Made by a program: the position numbers and the translations under genes. The notes under the pieces were generated by a model. The model saw only the letters and a program-made list of their open reading frames with translations. It had not been told where the DNA came from and did no database searches. This document shows, one piece after another, positions 1 to 11,694 of a stretch of 64,000 bases of DNA. The stretch comes from Octopus sinensis (taxonomy: Eukaryota), in NCBI RefSeq assembly GCF_006345805.1, contig NC_043004.1, positions 88,350,001 to 88,414,000 on the forward strand. The letters run 5' to 3'. Within the stretch, counting starts at the first letter, position 1, and every line of letters starts with the position of its first letter.

Positions 1-345
1 CTGTCGGCTTCTGTGTTGAAGAGTGATTCGGGCTTGTGTAAGGAGACTTTTTCATGGATCTAGGCTGTCTTTTGCTTTTTATGATCGTGTGTGTTTGGAG
101 GATTGTGTTCATTCTGTAGTCTTTTTAGGAGGGGTATCTTGTGGAGGATGGTGTCGAAGGCTTCGTTATTGAGAGGGTTGTGTGTGGAGATGTATGGTAA
201 GGCTTTTGGTTGTAAGTTTTCTTTGATTTGGGATGTCTCAGTTCCTTGATGTTAAGTTGAAGGGCACGTTGAATGCACTTGTCAATAAGTGAAGGTGGAT
301 AGTTCCTGGTGATAAGGTATCTTTTAGTTCTTGTAGTCGTGCTTC
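1..345 (-). mobile_element. Penelope-like element, RT thumb/linker fragment (decayed; runs off the window edge)
   Basis: Minus-strand frames read SEARLQELKDTL / RNYPPSLIDKCIQRALQLNIKELRHPK / LPYISTHNPLNNEAFDTILHKIPLLK / IIKSKRQPRSMKK, typical of the PLE region between RT and GIY-YIG; frameshifted. Confidence 0.85.
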
Positions 346-650
346 GGAGAAACCTAATATACTCACTAACCTGCTCCGGGTGTCAAGAGCAGTACATAGG
401 CCAAACAAAAAAATGGTTTGCGTAAACGAATGGCCCTGCACAGATCCCAGATAAAAATTTCCCCAAAACAGAAAAATAGCTTTAGCCAACACACATAGAT
501 ACTTGCGCCAACAAAAAAAACACCAAACTTCAGAATTTTCCCCTCTACCAATTTAGGGACGATACAACCTCGAGACAACGAATAAGTAAAGAAAATCTCT
601 TTATTACAAAATACAAGCTACTTCTTACGGGTCTACGACAAACAATTAAT
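346..650 (+). mobile_element. Penelope-like element, GIY-YIG endonuclease fragment
   Basis: From 351: NLIYSLTCSGCQEQYIGQT, then (frameshift in an A run) NGLRKRMALHRSQI...PNFRIFPL...RQRISKENLFITKYK; IY...YIG motif with CxxC. Confidence 0.9.
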
Positions 651-769
651 ATACCTCAACTTTAGAATAAAAGAAATATATACACACACAAATATTACTC
701 CATAGAATCCATTACTAATCAGCCCCATCAAGCTATACTTACACCATTCATATTCTCCCTTCTCTGTTT

Positions 770-945
770 TTTTCTTCTTTTCTTCTTCCTCTTCTTCTTC
801 ATCATCATCATTATCATCATCATCGTCGTCATCATCATCACCACCATCATCACCACCATCTTCTCCTTCTCCTTCTTCTTCTTCTTCTTCATCATCATCA
901 TCATCAACACGTCATCTTCTTCTTCTTCTACTTCTCCACCTTCCA
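770..945. repeat. Compound (TTC)n/(CAT)n trinucleotide microsatellite
   Basis: Directly visible; explains ORF 728..946. Confidence 0.95.
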
Positions 946-1129
946 CCCCTTAACCTTGTCACTAATGTCTTCAGTATAACGCCTACGCAAATTCCATAAA
1001 CAATTCCTGAATTGAACTGCGACTACTGTCAGCCACTGACCATTCAAAATACGACCATTAAGGCATTCCCAGCTTCCCCACCCCCTCTCCACATCAGCCT
1101 CATTATTCTTCACCTATCTACCAAGAACT

Positions 1130-1375
1130 CAAACACGACTCGAACACACCAGTGCAAACAAGGGAGTCAGAGAAAGGCAGAATGCTACTATATCTGAAAC
1201 ACTACTACAGAAATATTCTTTTAAAAAACTTTCTTCTAATTTTCTAAATTTAATTATTTAATCGTTACAGTTGAAAAGGTCTCAAAATGACCGAAACCGG
1301 TACTGAAAGATTCACTATAAAATCATCTTAGCATTTCTATTTTTGACTTGTTTTTTCATATATATCAACACGTGT
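1130..1375 (+). mobile_element. PLE 3' end: end of the GIY-YIG ORF followed by a pLTR-type 3' region
   Basis: HQCKQGSQRKAECYYI resembles the PLE C-terminus (compare YQCKETSPVQERLNTEILYI at ~5.9 kb). The downstream 1210-1370 segment recurs inverted at 63880-64000. Confidence 0.65.
1267..1306 (+). ncRNA. Minimal type I hammerhead ribozyme motif, U3:A8 core variant
   Basis: CAG-TTGAAAA-GGTC(tcaaaat)GACC-GAAAC-CG-GTA-CTG: stem I CAG/CTG, stem II GGTC/GACC, palindromic stem III ACCGGT. Confidence 0.7.
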
Positions 1376-1391
1376 GTTCCTTTCCACCCTT

Positions 1392-1431
<40 letters not shown>

Positions 1432-2560
1432 TTATATATATATATACGCACACATGCCACACACGCATGTGTATATAAATCAGTCATAAATATTTATGGT
1501 AAAAATATATTTACTGACAGACAAAATTAATCAAACCATCGACCGTTTGAGCAATTGCTACTGACGATACTTACAGAATAGGCAAAACTAGGCCCGTAAG
1601 GTGATTCTAGTATGCCCATGGGGCGCTTACCTCCCCTATCAGTGTATATATATATTGCGCTTTTCTTACAGCATTGAAAGTTCTTTAGTCTTACTTCTAG
1701 CAATGTAGGTGCTTCAGCTCCCTTCGTCACACCTGGTGACGATTAAATTTTTCACTGTGCACCAGCATGACTGCAGCTTTAAATCTGAGACAATTTAAAG
1801 AATTTAAAGAATATATATACATTAAGAAGAAAGAAATGGAGAGGGAATGAAAAAAACGGAGAGAGAAAGAATGTGCAGAGTTTAACTGTCCAACATGGTG
1901 AGATGACTGGAAAAGAGTGGCCGAATGAAAAGAAGATAATAATAAGGATAATAATAACGGTAACGGTGACCCCAACGAACTAAGCTGCGCAAGCACATGT
2001 ATCACTAGAGTTGTAACGTGTAAAATATAACTGTCACCACTACTACATAAACCTGAAGTTTGCATAGTTTAGTGCATGAAAATACTAGTTAATCAATATG
2101 GACATTTAATATTCTATCATTTCATTATATTGGGTTGATGCATAATTTTTGCGGCTTTTTTCAACAAATTCTATTCAGCAAAAACAATAACAACATGTGA
2201 CAAAAACATCTTTAATTGATTATTCCAGAGCATATTTACCATCTACTTCAATTACTGCTTCCCATTTGCTTGGCAGACGGTCAGACCGTCATTTAAAGAT
2301 GTTTTTGTCAAATATTGTTTTAGTTGAATAAAATTTGTTTTAAAAAAAAGCCGCAATAATTATGCACCAACTTAATATTACATCATCTTATATCATATTA
2401 GTTACTCCTCTCGTCTTTCGTCCCTCTGTTGGTATCCTTTGCATAGCTGCCATCTGTATGTATGAGACTCAAACACACACATAGACAAGTAGGTTCGCAC
2501 ACACTCACACACATGCACACACATGCACACATGCAAACGCCCCTACATCTACATACATAT

Positions 2561-2719
2561 ACGACGGGTTTCTTTCAGTTTCTGTCTATCAAATCCACTC
2601 ACAAGGCTTTGTCGGCCCGAGGTTATAGTAAGTGACATTTGCCTAAGTTTCCACGCAATGGGACTGAACTTGGAAGAACGTGGCCGAGAAGCAAGCTACT
2701 TATCACACGTCACGCCTTA
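2561..2719 (-). mobile_element. SINE family B, head half only
   Basis: Matches the head of the full copies (e.g. 5178-5618): degenerate A/B boxes and core ending aagaaacccgtcgtat, abutting (TA)n. Confidence 0.85.
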
Positions 2720-2908
2720 TATATAAACATAATATATATATATATATTATATATATATATAATATTATATCTAATATATATATATATATATTTATACTAT
2801 ATTATATATGATATATATATATATATATATATATATTTTTATATATAATGTATTATATAATATATACATATATATATATATATATATAAAACATAGATAC
2901 ATAGCTAC

Positions 2909-2956
<48 letters not shown>

Positions 2957-3019
2957 TGTTGTGTGTTTGTATGTGTATAAAGGGAGATAAGTATGCGACG
3001 TAAATACACTGTCAGAATA

Positions 3020-3160
3020 GTACATTATAATGGAATTGCAGATAAAAGGCTAGCAAATAAAGAAACTTACAGAGAAGTAGATAATCCGGATCACTTAGAT
3101 GAAACTGTAAGCATAAAATATAAAATAAAAGACGTATGCGATGAGAATCCATAAGTAGTA
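3020..3160 (+). mobile_element. Possible PLE pre-RT remnant
   Basis: GIADKRLANKETYREVDNPDHLDETVSIKYKIKDVC resembles the PLE 'L.D..TY..L..DP' segment; short and decayed. Confidence 0.4.
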
Positions 3161-3432
3161 CGGACAGAAATAGAAGCTAAATGCTAGAAGCTATGCGATT
3201 AGAAACCCGACAAATGCTTTGAAGAGTCAGTTTCGCTGAAAGAAAGATTTCTTGTATTGTTTAATTGATGGAGAGATAAAAAAATGAATAAACTTAAGCT
3301 TAATTTCGTAGCTGAAGGATAAATATAGCAAAATAATACAAAACTCAAAATGATTTTATCTGAATATTTATATACGAATGATAACGCATATTCAAGAGTA
3401 ATGATTCGTATCAATATGTCTGGATAAATAGA

Positions 3433-3470
<38 letters not shown>

Positions 3471-3786
3471 TACACACATACAGACTTACATATGTACATT
3501 TATGTAAATAAATAAGAGTATTTATGTATGTATGTGCTTATGTATGTATGTATGTGCAGAAAATATATGTACAAAACATAATAATTATGTCTGTATTCTC
3601 AAATCTGTTTTAGCGCTCTCACTGTATGTGCGTGTACACTCGCACACTGACAAACACGCACGCACACACACATACACAATTATATATATATATGCACACA
3701 CACACACAGACATATATATATATCAAACTATATATTGCACACACATATATATATATATATAGAAACATACATTATATATATAATTA

Positions 3787-3833
<47 letters not shown>

Positions 3834-4173
3834 GCATACATACATATCTTTTGATATATGTGTGTGTGTGTGTATTCAAATATACACACACACTCGTACG
3901 TATATCTTCTCTATATGTAAGTGTAAAGCTACATGGCAAACTAAACCTGAAAGACATACATATATGTACATATATATATACATATACATACATACACACA
4001 TATACATATACATATATGCACATATATATATACACACACATACACGCACGTGCGCACACACACATACATATAGATATCTGTCATACTTCTTTAAATTAAT
4101 TAGCCAAACTGTTCGCCATTCTGAATAGACCTCTTAATATATATTATATATATATATATAATATTATTATATC

Positions 4174-4226
<53 letters not shown>

Positions 4227-4249
4227 TCTATATATATACTATATATATA

Positions 4250-4450
4250 TATACTTTATTTAAAGCAGCAGAAAATCAACAAAATCTGTTACTCTGAGTT
4301 TCTCGTTAAAACTGTCTGATGAACGGCAACGGGAAACTCAGAGTAACAGATTTTGTTGAATTTTTTTCTGCTTTAAATAAAGCATATTACTCTACCACTG
4401 GTATTTGAGTACTCTTTATTCCACCTTGTTTCACATTTATGTGTTTACTC
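4250..4450 (+). mobile_element. pLTR-type unit with a partial inverted duplication
   Basis: 4255-4306 is the reverse complement of ~4328-4382 (tttatttaaagcag...ctgttactctgagtttc); contains a hammerhead core and AATAAA. Confidence 0.75.
4312..4349 (+). ncRNA. Minimal type I hammerhead ribozyme motif (canonical core)
   Basis: CTGT-CTGATGA-A-CG(GCAA)CG-G-GAAAC-TCAGA-GTA-ACAG: stem I CTGT/ACAG, near-palindromic stem III ACTC-A-GAGT, GUA triplet; stem II very short. Confidence 0.7.
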
Positions 4451-4458
4451 CGGTATAA

Positions 4459-4492
<34 letters not shown>

Positions 4493-5037
4493 ATGTGTGT
4501 GTGTGTGTGTGTGTGCGTGTGTGTGTATAAGAGAAAAATTCGCTGCTCAGACACAGTTATACTTATTTATGTACGTTCTTATAATGATACCTTAGGAATG
4601 CAACCATGAGTCACTAAAACATGCAAGCTTAGAGGTACCTGAACATAGCTGCTAAACTAACATAACAGATGAATTATCTAAAGCTGCATAATATGCCTTC
4701 TATAGCTTTACACTTTGTCTGCACTTATTTATGTTCACGTATGTTTAGATAAGTAACCTTACAGATATACAGTAATAATATTTGCTAACAAATAGTTACT
4801 CTTTAAAAAAACTAATGAGACTGTAGTGATCCATAGCTCTAATCGGGATGCCGGCAGGTGAATGCGTAAATGTGCAAGCATAAGTGTGCATGTGTACGAG
4901 AGTAGATATACGTATACATGTGCGTCCGTGAGTGCAGGAGGTGTAGGCCGGGCCGGGGTATGTATGTGTATGTATGTTAAAGCAGAAGAAATAATTCTGT
5001 TGGTCTGTCGAACTTGATAATATATATATATAATATA

Positions 5038-5078
<41 letters not shown>

Positions 5079-5177
5079 AGGAAACTGCCAGTTTACATAG
5101 TTTTAATATTTTTAAAATATATATTATAAGTGAAAGATTATTGTGTCTGTCGACCGGTTTTGCTTTCGCTAATCATC

Positions 5178-5444
5178 ACTCTTTTACTCTTTTACTTGTT
5201 TCAGTCATATGACTGCGGCCATGCTGGAGCACCGCCTTTAGTCAAGCAATCGATTCCAGGAATTATTCTTTGTAAGACTAGTACTTATTCTATGGGTCTC
5301 TTTTGCCGAACCGCTAGTTTACGGGGACGTAAACGCTCCACCCTCTGTTGACAAACGATGTTGGGGGGACAAACACAGACACACAAACATATACACACAT
5401 ACATGCATATATACATACACACACACACACAAACACACACACAT

Positions 5445-5486
<42 letters not shown>

Positions 5487-5618
5487 GCGACAGGCTTCTC
5501 TCAGTCTTTTGTCGGCCCGAGGCTATAGTAGAAGACACTTGCCCAAGGTACCATACAGTGGGACTGAGCCCGGTGCCAAGTGGTTGGTAAGCAAGCTACT
5601 TACCATATAGCCACTCCT
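5178..5618 (-). mobile_element. SINE family B, full length (tRNA-like head + core + internal (TA)n(TG)n + tail)
   Basis: Head ggagtggctatatggtaag with degenerate B box, core ccttgggcaagtgtctt, ~100 bp internal microsatellite, tail ...gaaacaagtaaaagagtaaaagag. Confidence 0.92.
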
Positions 5619-5869
5619 TGTCATTTCATATTTTGCTAAGATTTTAGTTTATGTTGTGTGTGGAGAAGTTTGTGAATGAATAATTCAACATGTAGAAAGA
5701 ACTAGCGAGAAGTAGTTGGGGATCGTTATCAATGGGGACTGGGTAAATAATTGCTCATCTTTCGGGGAGGTGATAAATAAATATATATATACAAAAACTC
5801 AAAAGTTAAAGTAGTGAGATGAAATATGTACAGTCATGGGTATGTGATCATGAATTAAAATATATACAG

Positions 5870-6300
5870 AAACCAAAGTTGATTGCGCGTTCATATTTCG
5901 ACGTGTTCTGTATTTTTCGATGTATAAAATTTCTGTATTTAAACGTTCTTGTACAGGACTTGTTTCTTTGCACTGGTAGATGGGAAAATTATGAAGTTTG
6001 GTTGGATATTACCTGCACATGTCTCTATGTTCTTCCCTCAACGGAACTATCCGTGCTGCGGGAACCGCATTTGTTCCTTTTGTAGTGTGGTTCTCCGTCT
6101 CAGTGTAATACTTGTCTGTCCTATATAGTTATGTTCAAAACTTGTACAAGTTATAACATACATTAAATTCTCGGAAGCAGAAGTGATGTTGGTTTTAAAT
6201 GTGAACCTCTCTCCTCGTTTGAATAGAAATTCCGAGCGTTTGAGTAAGTTTGAGCAGTTTTCAATCGTTGGTGTCGTGGTTGATGTCTAAAGCTTCGCAT
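5870..6300 (-). mobile_element. Penelope-like element, GIY-YIG fragment
   Basis: FTFKTNITSASENLMYVITCTSFEHNYIGQTSITLRRRTTLQKEQMRFPQH, then after a stop/frameshift EHRDMCAGNIQPNFIIFPIYQCKETSPVQERLNTEILYIEKY. Confidence 0.9.
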
Positions 6301-6411
6301 TTGTTGGAGGTCTTTTCAACGATTCGTGTTGCTTTTTGCATTTAGCAAAACAAATCGCTGAAAAAATTTCATATATCTATATATGTATAATATATATATA
6401 TATATATATAT

Positions 6412-6472
<61 letters not shown>

Positions 6473-7405
6473 GTACATATATATGTACATATATTATACA
6501 ATATATGTATGTATATATGTATAGATATATGATGAATGATATATATATTATATATATGTACATGTGTATATAACAATTATATATATAAAATCATACGACA
6601 CACACACACACACATATATTGGAAAGTTTATGAGGATTACTTAATACATTTTCTGAAGTGTAAAGGTGATTTAAAAAAAAATTATTTTAAAAAGTGTTCT
6701 AAAATCTGTTATGAGGATGTTGCTAAACTTTTTCGAAGACGTTTTTTTTTCTAATCTGTGAGTGCTTTCGCTAAACATGCATTACTGAAACAGTTGTAAG
6801 CCTATAACGAATAAATAAATGTATTTGACCCATTATTTCTGTCTATTTTATGTGTCACTCTGTAAATAGATGCCATCTCAACAGGGTAATGAAACCGTGG
6901 ATTTACAAATTTGATTCATGATTTACTTTGATTTCTGATTACCCGGAGTACAATACCAATCACAAACCTTTCTATTAGCCTTGTATTAGCCTTATGTATA
7001 CTTAGCTTTAGAGTGCTTAGAAAGTATTTCGTCTGGATTCCAAATCCCTTATTAATCCCTTTTTGTTTATAATATATATATATATGTATATATATGTATA
7101 TATATATGTATGTATATATATATGTATATATATATATATGTGTATATATATGTATATATATAATATATGTATGTATATATGTATATATATATATGCATAT
7201 ATACATGTGTATATATATGTATATATATATATGTATGTACAAATATATATATATATATATGTGTGTATGTATATATATATAATATATGCATATATATGTA
7301 TATGTATATATATACTTATATACATGTATATATAAACATATATATATATGCATACACACATATATGCATATATATTTATACACACACATACATACATATA
7401 TACAT

Positions 7406-7438
<33 letters not shown>

Positions 7439-7839
7439 CATATGTGTACGTGGGTGTGTATTCATATTTAATTGAGAATACAACTGAATTACTCTGGGGA
7501 CACAGACCTCCATACTTCATTAAATCGCAAAAGGTCTGAATGGAGACATATGCCGCAATAGACGAAATGGCCAAGACTGGAATGCATTTGATCGTTGATC
7601 TATTAAAATGGTATTAACTTGAAACTAAAAGCCTAAATCTATTTATCTTTTGGTAGCTGTCGTGAGGTTGTAAAAGTCATTGCTTTATGGTATCAGTACT
7701 GTAGACCTGATGTGAAATTTATAAGACCGCAGCGTTAAGTTTATTCATTTCACTGAGAAGAACGAGCAATATGTTCGGCTTAGTGACACATTAGAGATAC
7801 AAGTTAATATCTACCCTGCATTAATTACCCCCTCTCTCT

Positions 7840-7842
7840 GTG

Positions 7843-7907
<65 letters not shown>

Positions 7908-7978
7908 ATATATCTATCAATCTCTCCGTCTATCTATCTTTCTATCTCTCTCTCTCTACCTATCAATCTATCTCTCGC

Positions 7979-8069
<91 letters not shown>

Positions 8070-8180
8070 CTCTCTCTCTCTCTCTCTCTATCAATCTATC
8101 TCTCCCTCTGTCTCTCTGTCTATCCATCCATCCATCCATCCATCCATCCATCTGTACTATCTATCTATCTATCTACTATC

Positions 8181-8212
<32 letters not shown>

Positions 8213-8330
8213 ATTTCTCTCTCTCTATCAATCCATCCGTCTGTCTGTCTGTCTGTCTGTCAATCTATCTATCTATCATCTATCTATCTATTCATCTCTC
8301 TATCTACCCCTCTACCTGTCTATCGTTATG
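7840..8330. repeat. (TATC)n/(TCTG)n/(TCCA)n tetranucleotide array
   Basis: Directly visible; explains the YLSI-repeat ORF. Confidence 0.95.
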
Positions 8331-8865
8331 TACCATGCCTACTGATAATGACGATCGGAAAACTTTTTGTCTTCTTTTCATACACAAAACTTAGTATGTT
8401 TTCTATTTGTGTTGTTACCTGTATTATAAAACTTTCGAAGACTCAGGATTTTTCTCTAGGTAAACAGACAGTACTGTTCTGTTGTGGCTTTCTGGCCTTT
8501 AATTTACAGTTTACTCTGCTAGTATTCCGCTCTCCCGAGTTCAAACCTTTTTTTTAACCCTTAAACTTGATGGACTGATTCACTGGAGATCAAGGCCTGT
8601 CCATAACATAGTTGATCTATATTACACATATCTAGCGACCAGTCTTCCTTTGAATTATCTATGCCTTACATATCACCTTCAGTTATTTGACCTCAAACTA
8701 ATTACATCGATATGTACCAACATCCAGAAGACTTAAAACTAGTGGTGACTAAGTGGTAAATCCATTCTCTTTAAAACTCTTTAACTAGAACCTCAGTTGC
8801 CGCCACTACCTCAAGTACTAGATATAGCTTCATGTGCTATCTTTGATATTATTTCTGAATAAAAC

Positions 8866-9470
8866 AAGGCGGTGAGCTGGCAAAAACGCCGGGTTCGACT
8901 TTGCTTTTCATTCTTTCGGGGTCGATAAATTAAGTACTAGCTGCATAGTGGGGTCTATCTGATAGACTGGCTCCCCCCCCCCAAGAAAAAAATTTCGGGC
9001 CTTGTGCCTAGAGTAGAAAAGATTGTTCAAGACGGCGAGCTGGTAGAAACGTTAGCACGGCGGGCTAGATGTTTAGCGGTATTTTGTCTGCCGTTACGTT
9101 CTGAGTTTAATTCCGCCGAGGTCGACTTTGCCCTTCATCCTTTCGGGGTCGATAAATTAAGTACCAGTTACGTACTGGGGTCGATGTAATCGACTTAATC
9201 CGTTTGTCTGTCCTTGTTTGTCCCCTCTGTATTTAGCCCCTTGTGGGCAGTAAAGAAATAAGAAACGTTAGCACGCCGGGCGAAATGCTTAGCCATATTT
9301 CGTCTGTTTTCACGTTCTAACTTCAAATTCCACCGAAGTTGACTTGGTCTTTCATCATTTTGGGGTTGATAAATTAAGTACTAGTTGCATACTGGGGTCG
9401 ATCTAATCGTCTGGCTCCTTCTCCCACAAAAAGTTTCCGGCCTTGTGCCTACAGTAGAAAAGATTATTCA
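8866..9470 (+). mobile_element. SINE family A, head-to-tail array of three copies
   Basis: Head ggcggcgagctggcaga, B-box-like gagttcaaattcc, core gactttgcctttcatcctttcggggtcgataaattaagtaccag; two alternative tails. Confidence 0.9.
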
Positions 9471-9638
9471 TGATAAAACATTTATGGCTAACGAAAATTA
9501 CAAATAACACACCTTTCAAGAGACCAAAGCATTACTAAGGATTTTCTAAAGCTTTACATCGTTTTTTCAAAACTTCGTGACGAAACATATCGTTAGGAGA
9601 TTTACCTCTCATTTCTTGCTTTACAAATGGATTGTTAC

Positions 9639-9945
9639 TGTTGTTGTTTGTTCCTTATCGAGTCACGCCTGGCTCATAAGGGCCGGTTTCCCGGTTTCCT
9701 TGGCCTATAGGTTCCTCACATGGACGGGACGCCGGTCCGTCGCAAGTGAGCTGCAAGATGCAGGAAGAAAGAGTGAGAGAAAGTTGTGGCGAAAAAGTCA
9801 GCAGAAGTTCGTCATTACCTTCTGCCGGAGCCGCGTGGAGCTTAGGTGTTTTGCTCATAAACATACACATCGCCCGGTCTGAGATTCGAACCCGCGATCC
9901 CTCGACCGCGAGTCCGCTGCTGTAACCACTAGGCCATGTTCCTCT
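9639..9945 (-). mobile_element. SINE family C (tRNA-like head, (CAA)n tail)
   Basis: Minus strand: tggcctagtggttacagcagcggactcgcggtcgagggatcgcgggttcgaatctc (A and B boxes); near-identical copy at 12188-12483. Confidence 0.9.
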
Positions 9946-10879
9946 ACTTACGAATGGATACTGAAAACAAATCATCGAGTCAATAATCCTTTGCAATGTA
10001 GGCAAAAAGCTTGAAATTTTGGAGGAGGGGTAGTCGATTCCAGTTTTTGACTGCTGCTTATTTAGTTAACATTGAAAGGCTGAAATGCAAAGTCGACCTG
10101 CGGCGGAATTTGAACTCTGCACGTATACCTGGGAGAAATACAGGTAAACGTTCAGTCCGGCATGCTTATCGATTTTTCTAGCTCACCACCTTCCAACGTG
10201 TCAATAATAATCATCATAAATATTCTCGATTCACTCAAAGATTATCTCTAATTTATAATTATTGATCTAGTTGGTGCTTATTTAAAAAACAAAAAACAAA
10301 AAGAAAAATGTCTTTGTTCATTATTTAAATCGCAGAAATATCTCGAGTCAGAAATGGCCACGTTGCCGTTTCTGCAAATTCCGTGTTATCAAGTCAGTCA
10401 GAGAAAGTTGCGTTGTTGCTCGAACTAGTAGCTAAATCACTCTCGTATAGTACTTCTGTAAGTATAGACATAGTGTCTAATCCTTGACACCAGTGTTTCC
10501 AACATGAAAGACTGAATGGGGCGAGTGAAATGCCTTTGATTAAAGGTCGGCTCCATCAAGACTTACCTGGGACTAAGCAACAACAGCAAACTGATCAAAA
10601 ATCCATTGGCTTTGCAGATCGTATTATTTCATAGTGATTACAAGATTAGCTGGGATTTATTTTTCTTCTGTCAAATAGTTCTGTACAAAGCACGGCAGAT
10701 GCGATGGGATGTGTGGTTAACGAGTGTTCAGTTGTTGACATGGCACTTTGTCTATTGGAAATTTACCATTGTTCGGGACTGATCCATTAATGCGATCATG
10801 CAATGAAGTTAATGTCATAGAAACAGAAATAATATTGAAAATGTATTAAGCAGGGGAGAGAGGGCGAGATTGTATGTTT

Positions 10880-10903
10880 GTGTATGTGAGTCTGTACTTC
10901 TCT

Positions 10904-10972
<69 letters not shown>

Positions 10973-11111
10973 CGTGTGTATATGTGTGCATCGTTCTGTA
11001 TGTGTGTGCATGTCGTGGGTGATGTACGGAGTGAGAGAAGTAAAACCGGGAGATGTGTGAGAAGTAGATTTAAACGTAAAGAATGTTAACAGGAACGAGA
11101 AGAAATAGATG

Positions 11112-11149
<38 letters not shown>

Positions 11150-11240
11150 AGGAGAGAGAGAGGGAAGAGAGGGAGAGAGGGGAGGAGAGAGAGAGGGAAG
11201 AGAGGGAGAGAGAGAGAATGTAAAAAAGAGTGGGGAGGGA
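10880..11240. repeat. (TG)n tract followed by a (GA)n/purine-rich tract
   Basis: Directly visible. Confidence 0.9.
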
Positions 11241-11694
11241 GTAGAAAGAAGGACAAGGAGTTGGGGTGAAGGAGAGGAAGATAGGACAGAAAGGTAATGA
11301 GCAAGAAGAAACATGGAGGATTGACGAAAAGAAAGAAAGAATAGTAACGTGCGTATTTATAAAAAGAATTCAAGATAGGATATAAGTGAGAGAGAAGGAG
11401 AGAGAAGCGGCAGAGATAATAAAAAAGAACAAAGACTGAAGAAATAGAAAGAGAAAAAGTGAGAAGACAATACAGAATCGAGAAAACTAGAAGAAAAACA
11501 GGAGAGAGAGGGGGAAGAGATGGAGAGAGAGAGAGAGAGAGAGATCGTGTCGAAAATCTGTGTCTTAATTAGGTGAAGCATAAATCGTTTGATTAATCAG
11601 TCTGGTAAATCCGGAAGTTTCCGTTAATTCTATCTTCTTTAGCATTGGCTACGCTTGATTCGACAACGATTCGGGGAGAGGCAAGAAGCTGGCA

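Noticed and set aside
1727-2065. 112-aa hydrophobic ORF resembling a signal-peptide exon, with nearby GTAAG donor-like sites
   Set aside because: No recognisable domain, partly low-complexity, and no consistent partner exons in the window.
8805-8813. TGAGGTAGT (let-7 5' end) on the minus strand
   Set aside because: Only a 9-nt match; the rest does not match let-7 and I saw no precursor hairpin.
9577-10005. ORFs of 101 and 116 aa with ordinary-looking composition
   Set aside because: They lie within SINE family C; the same peptide recurs at 12188-12406.
10561-10570. ACTTACCTGG, the U1 snRNA 5' end
   Set aside because: The following sequence does not continue as U1; it lies in a decayed interspersed repeat.
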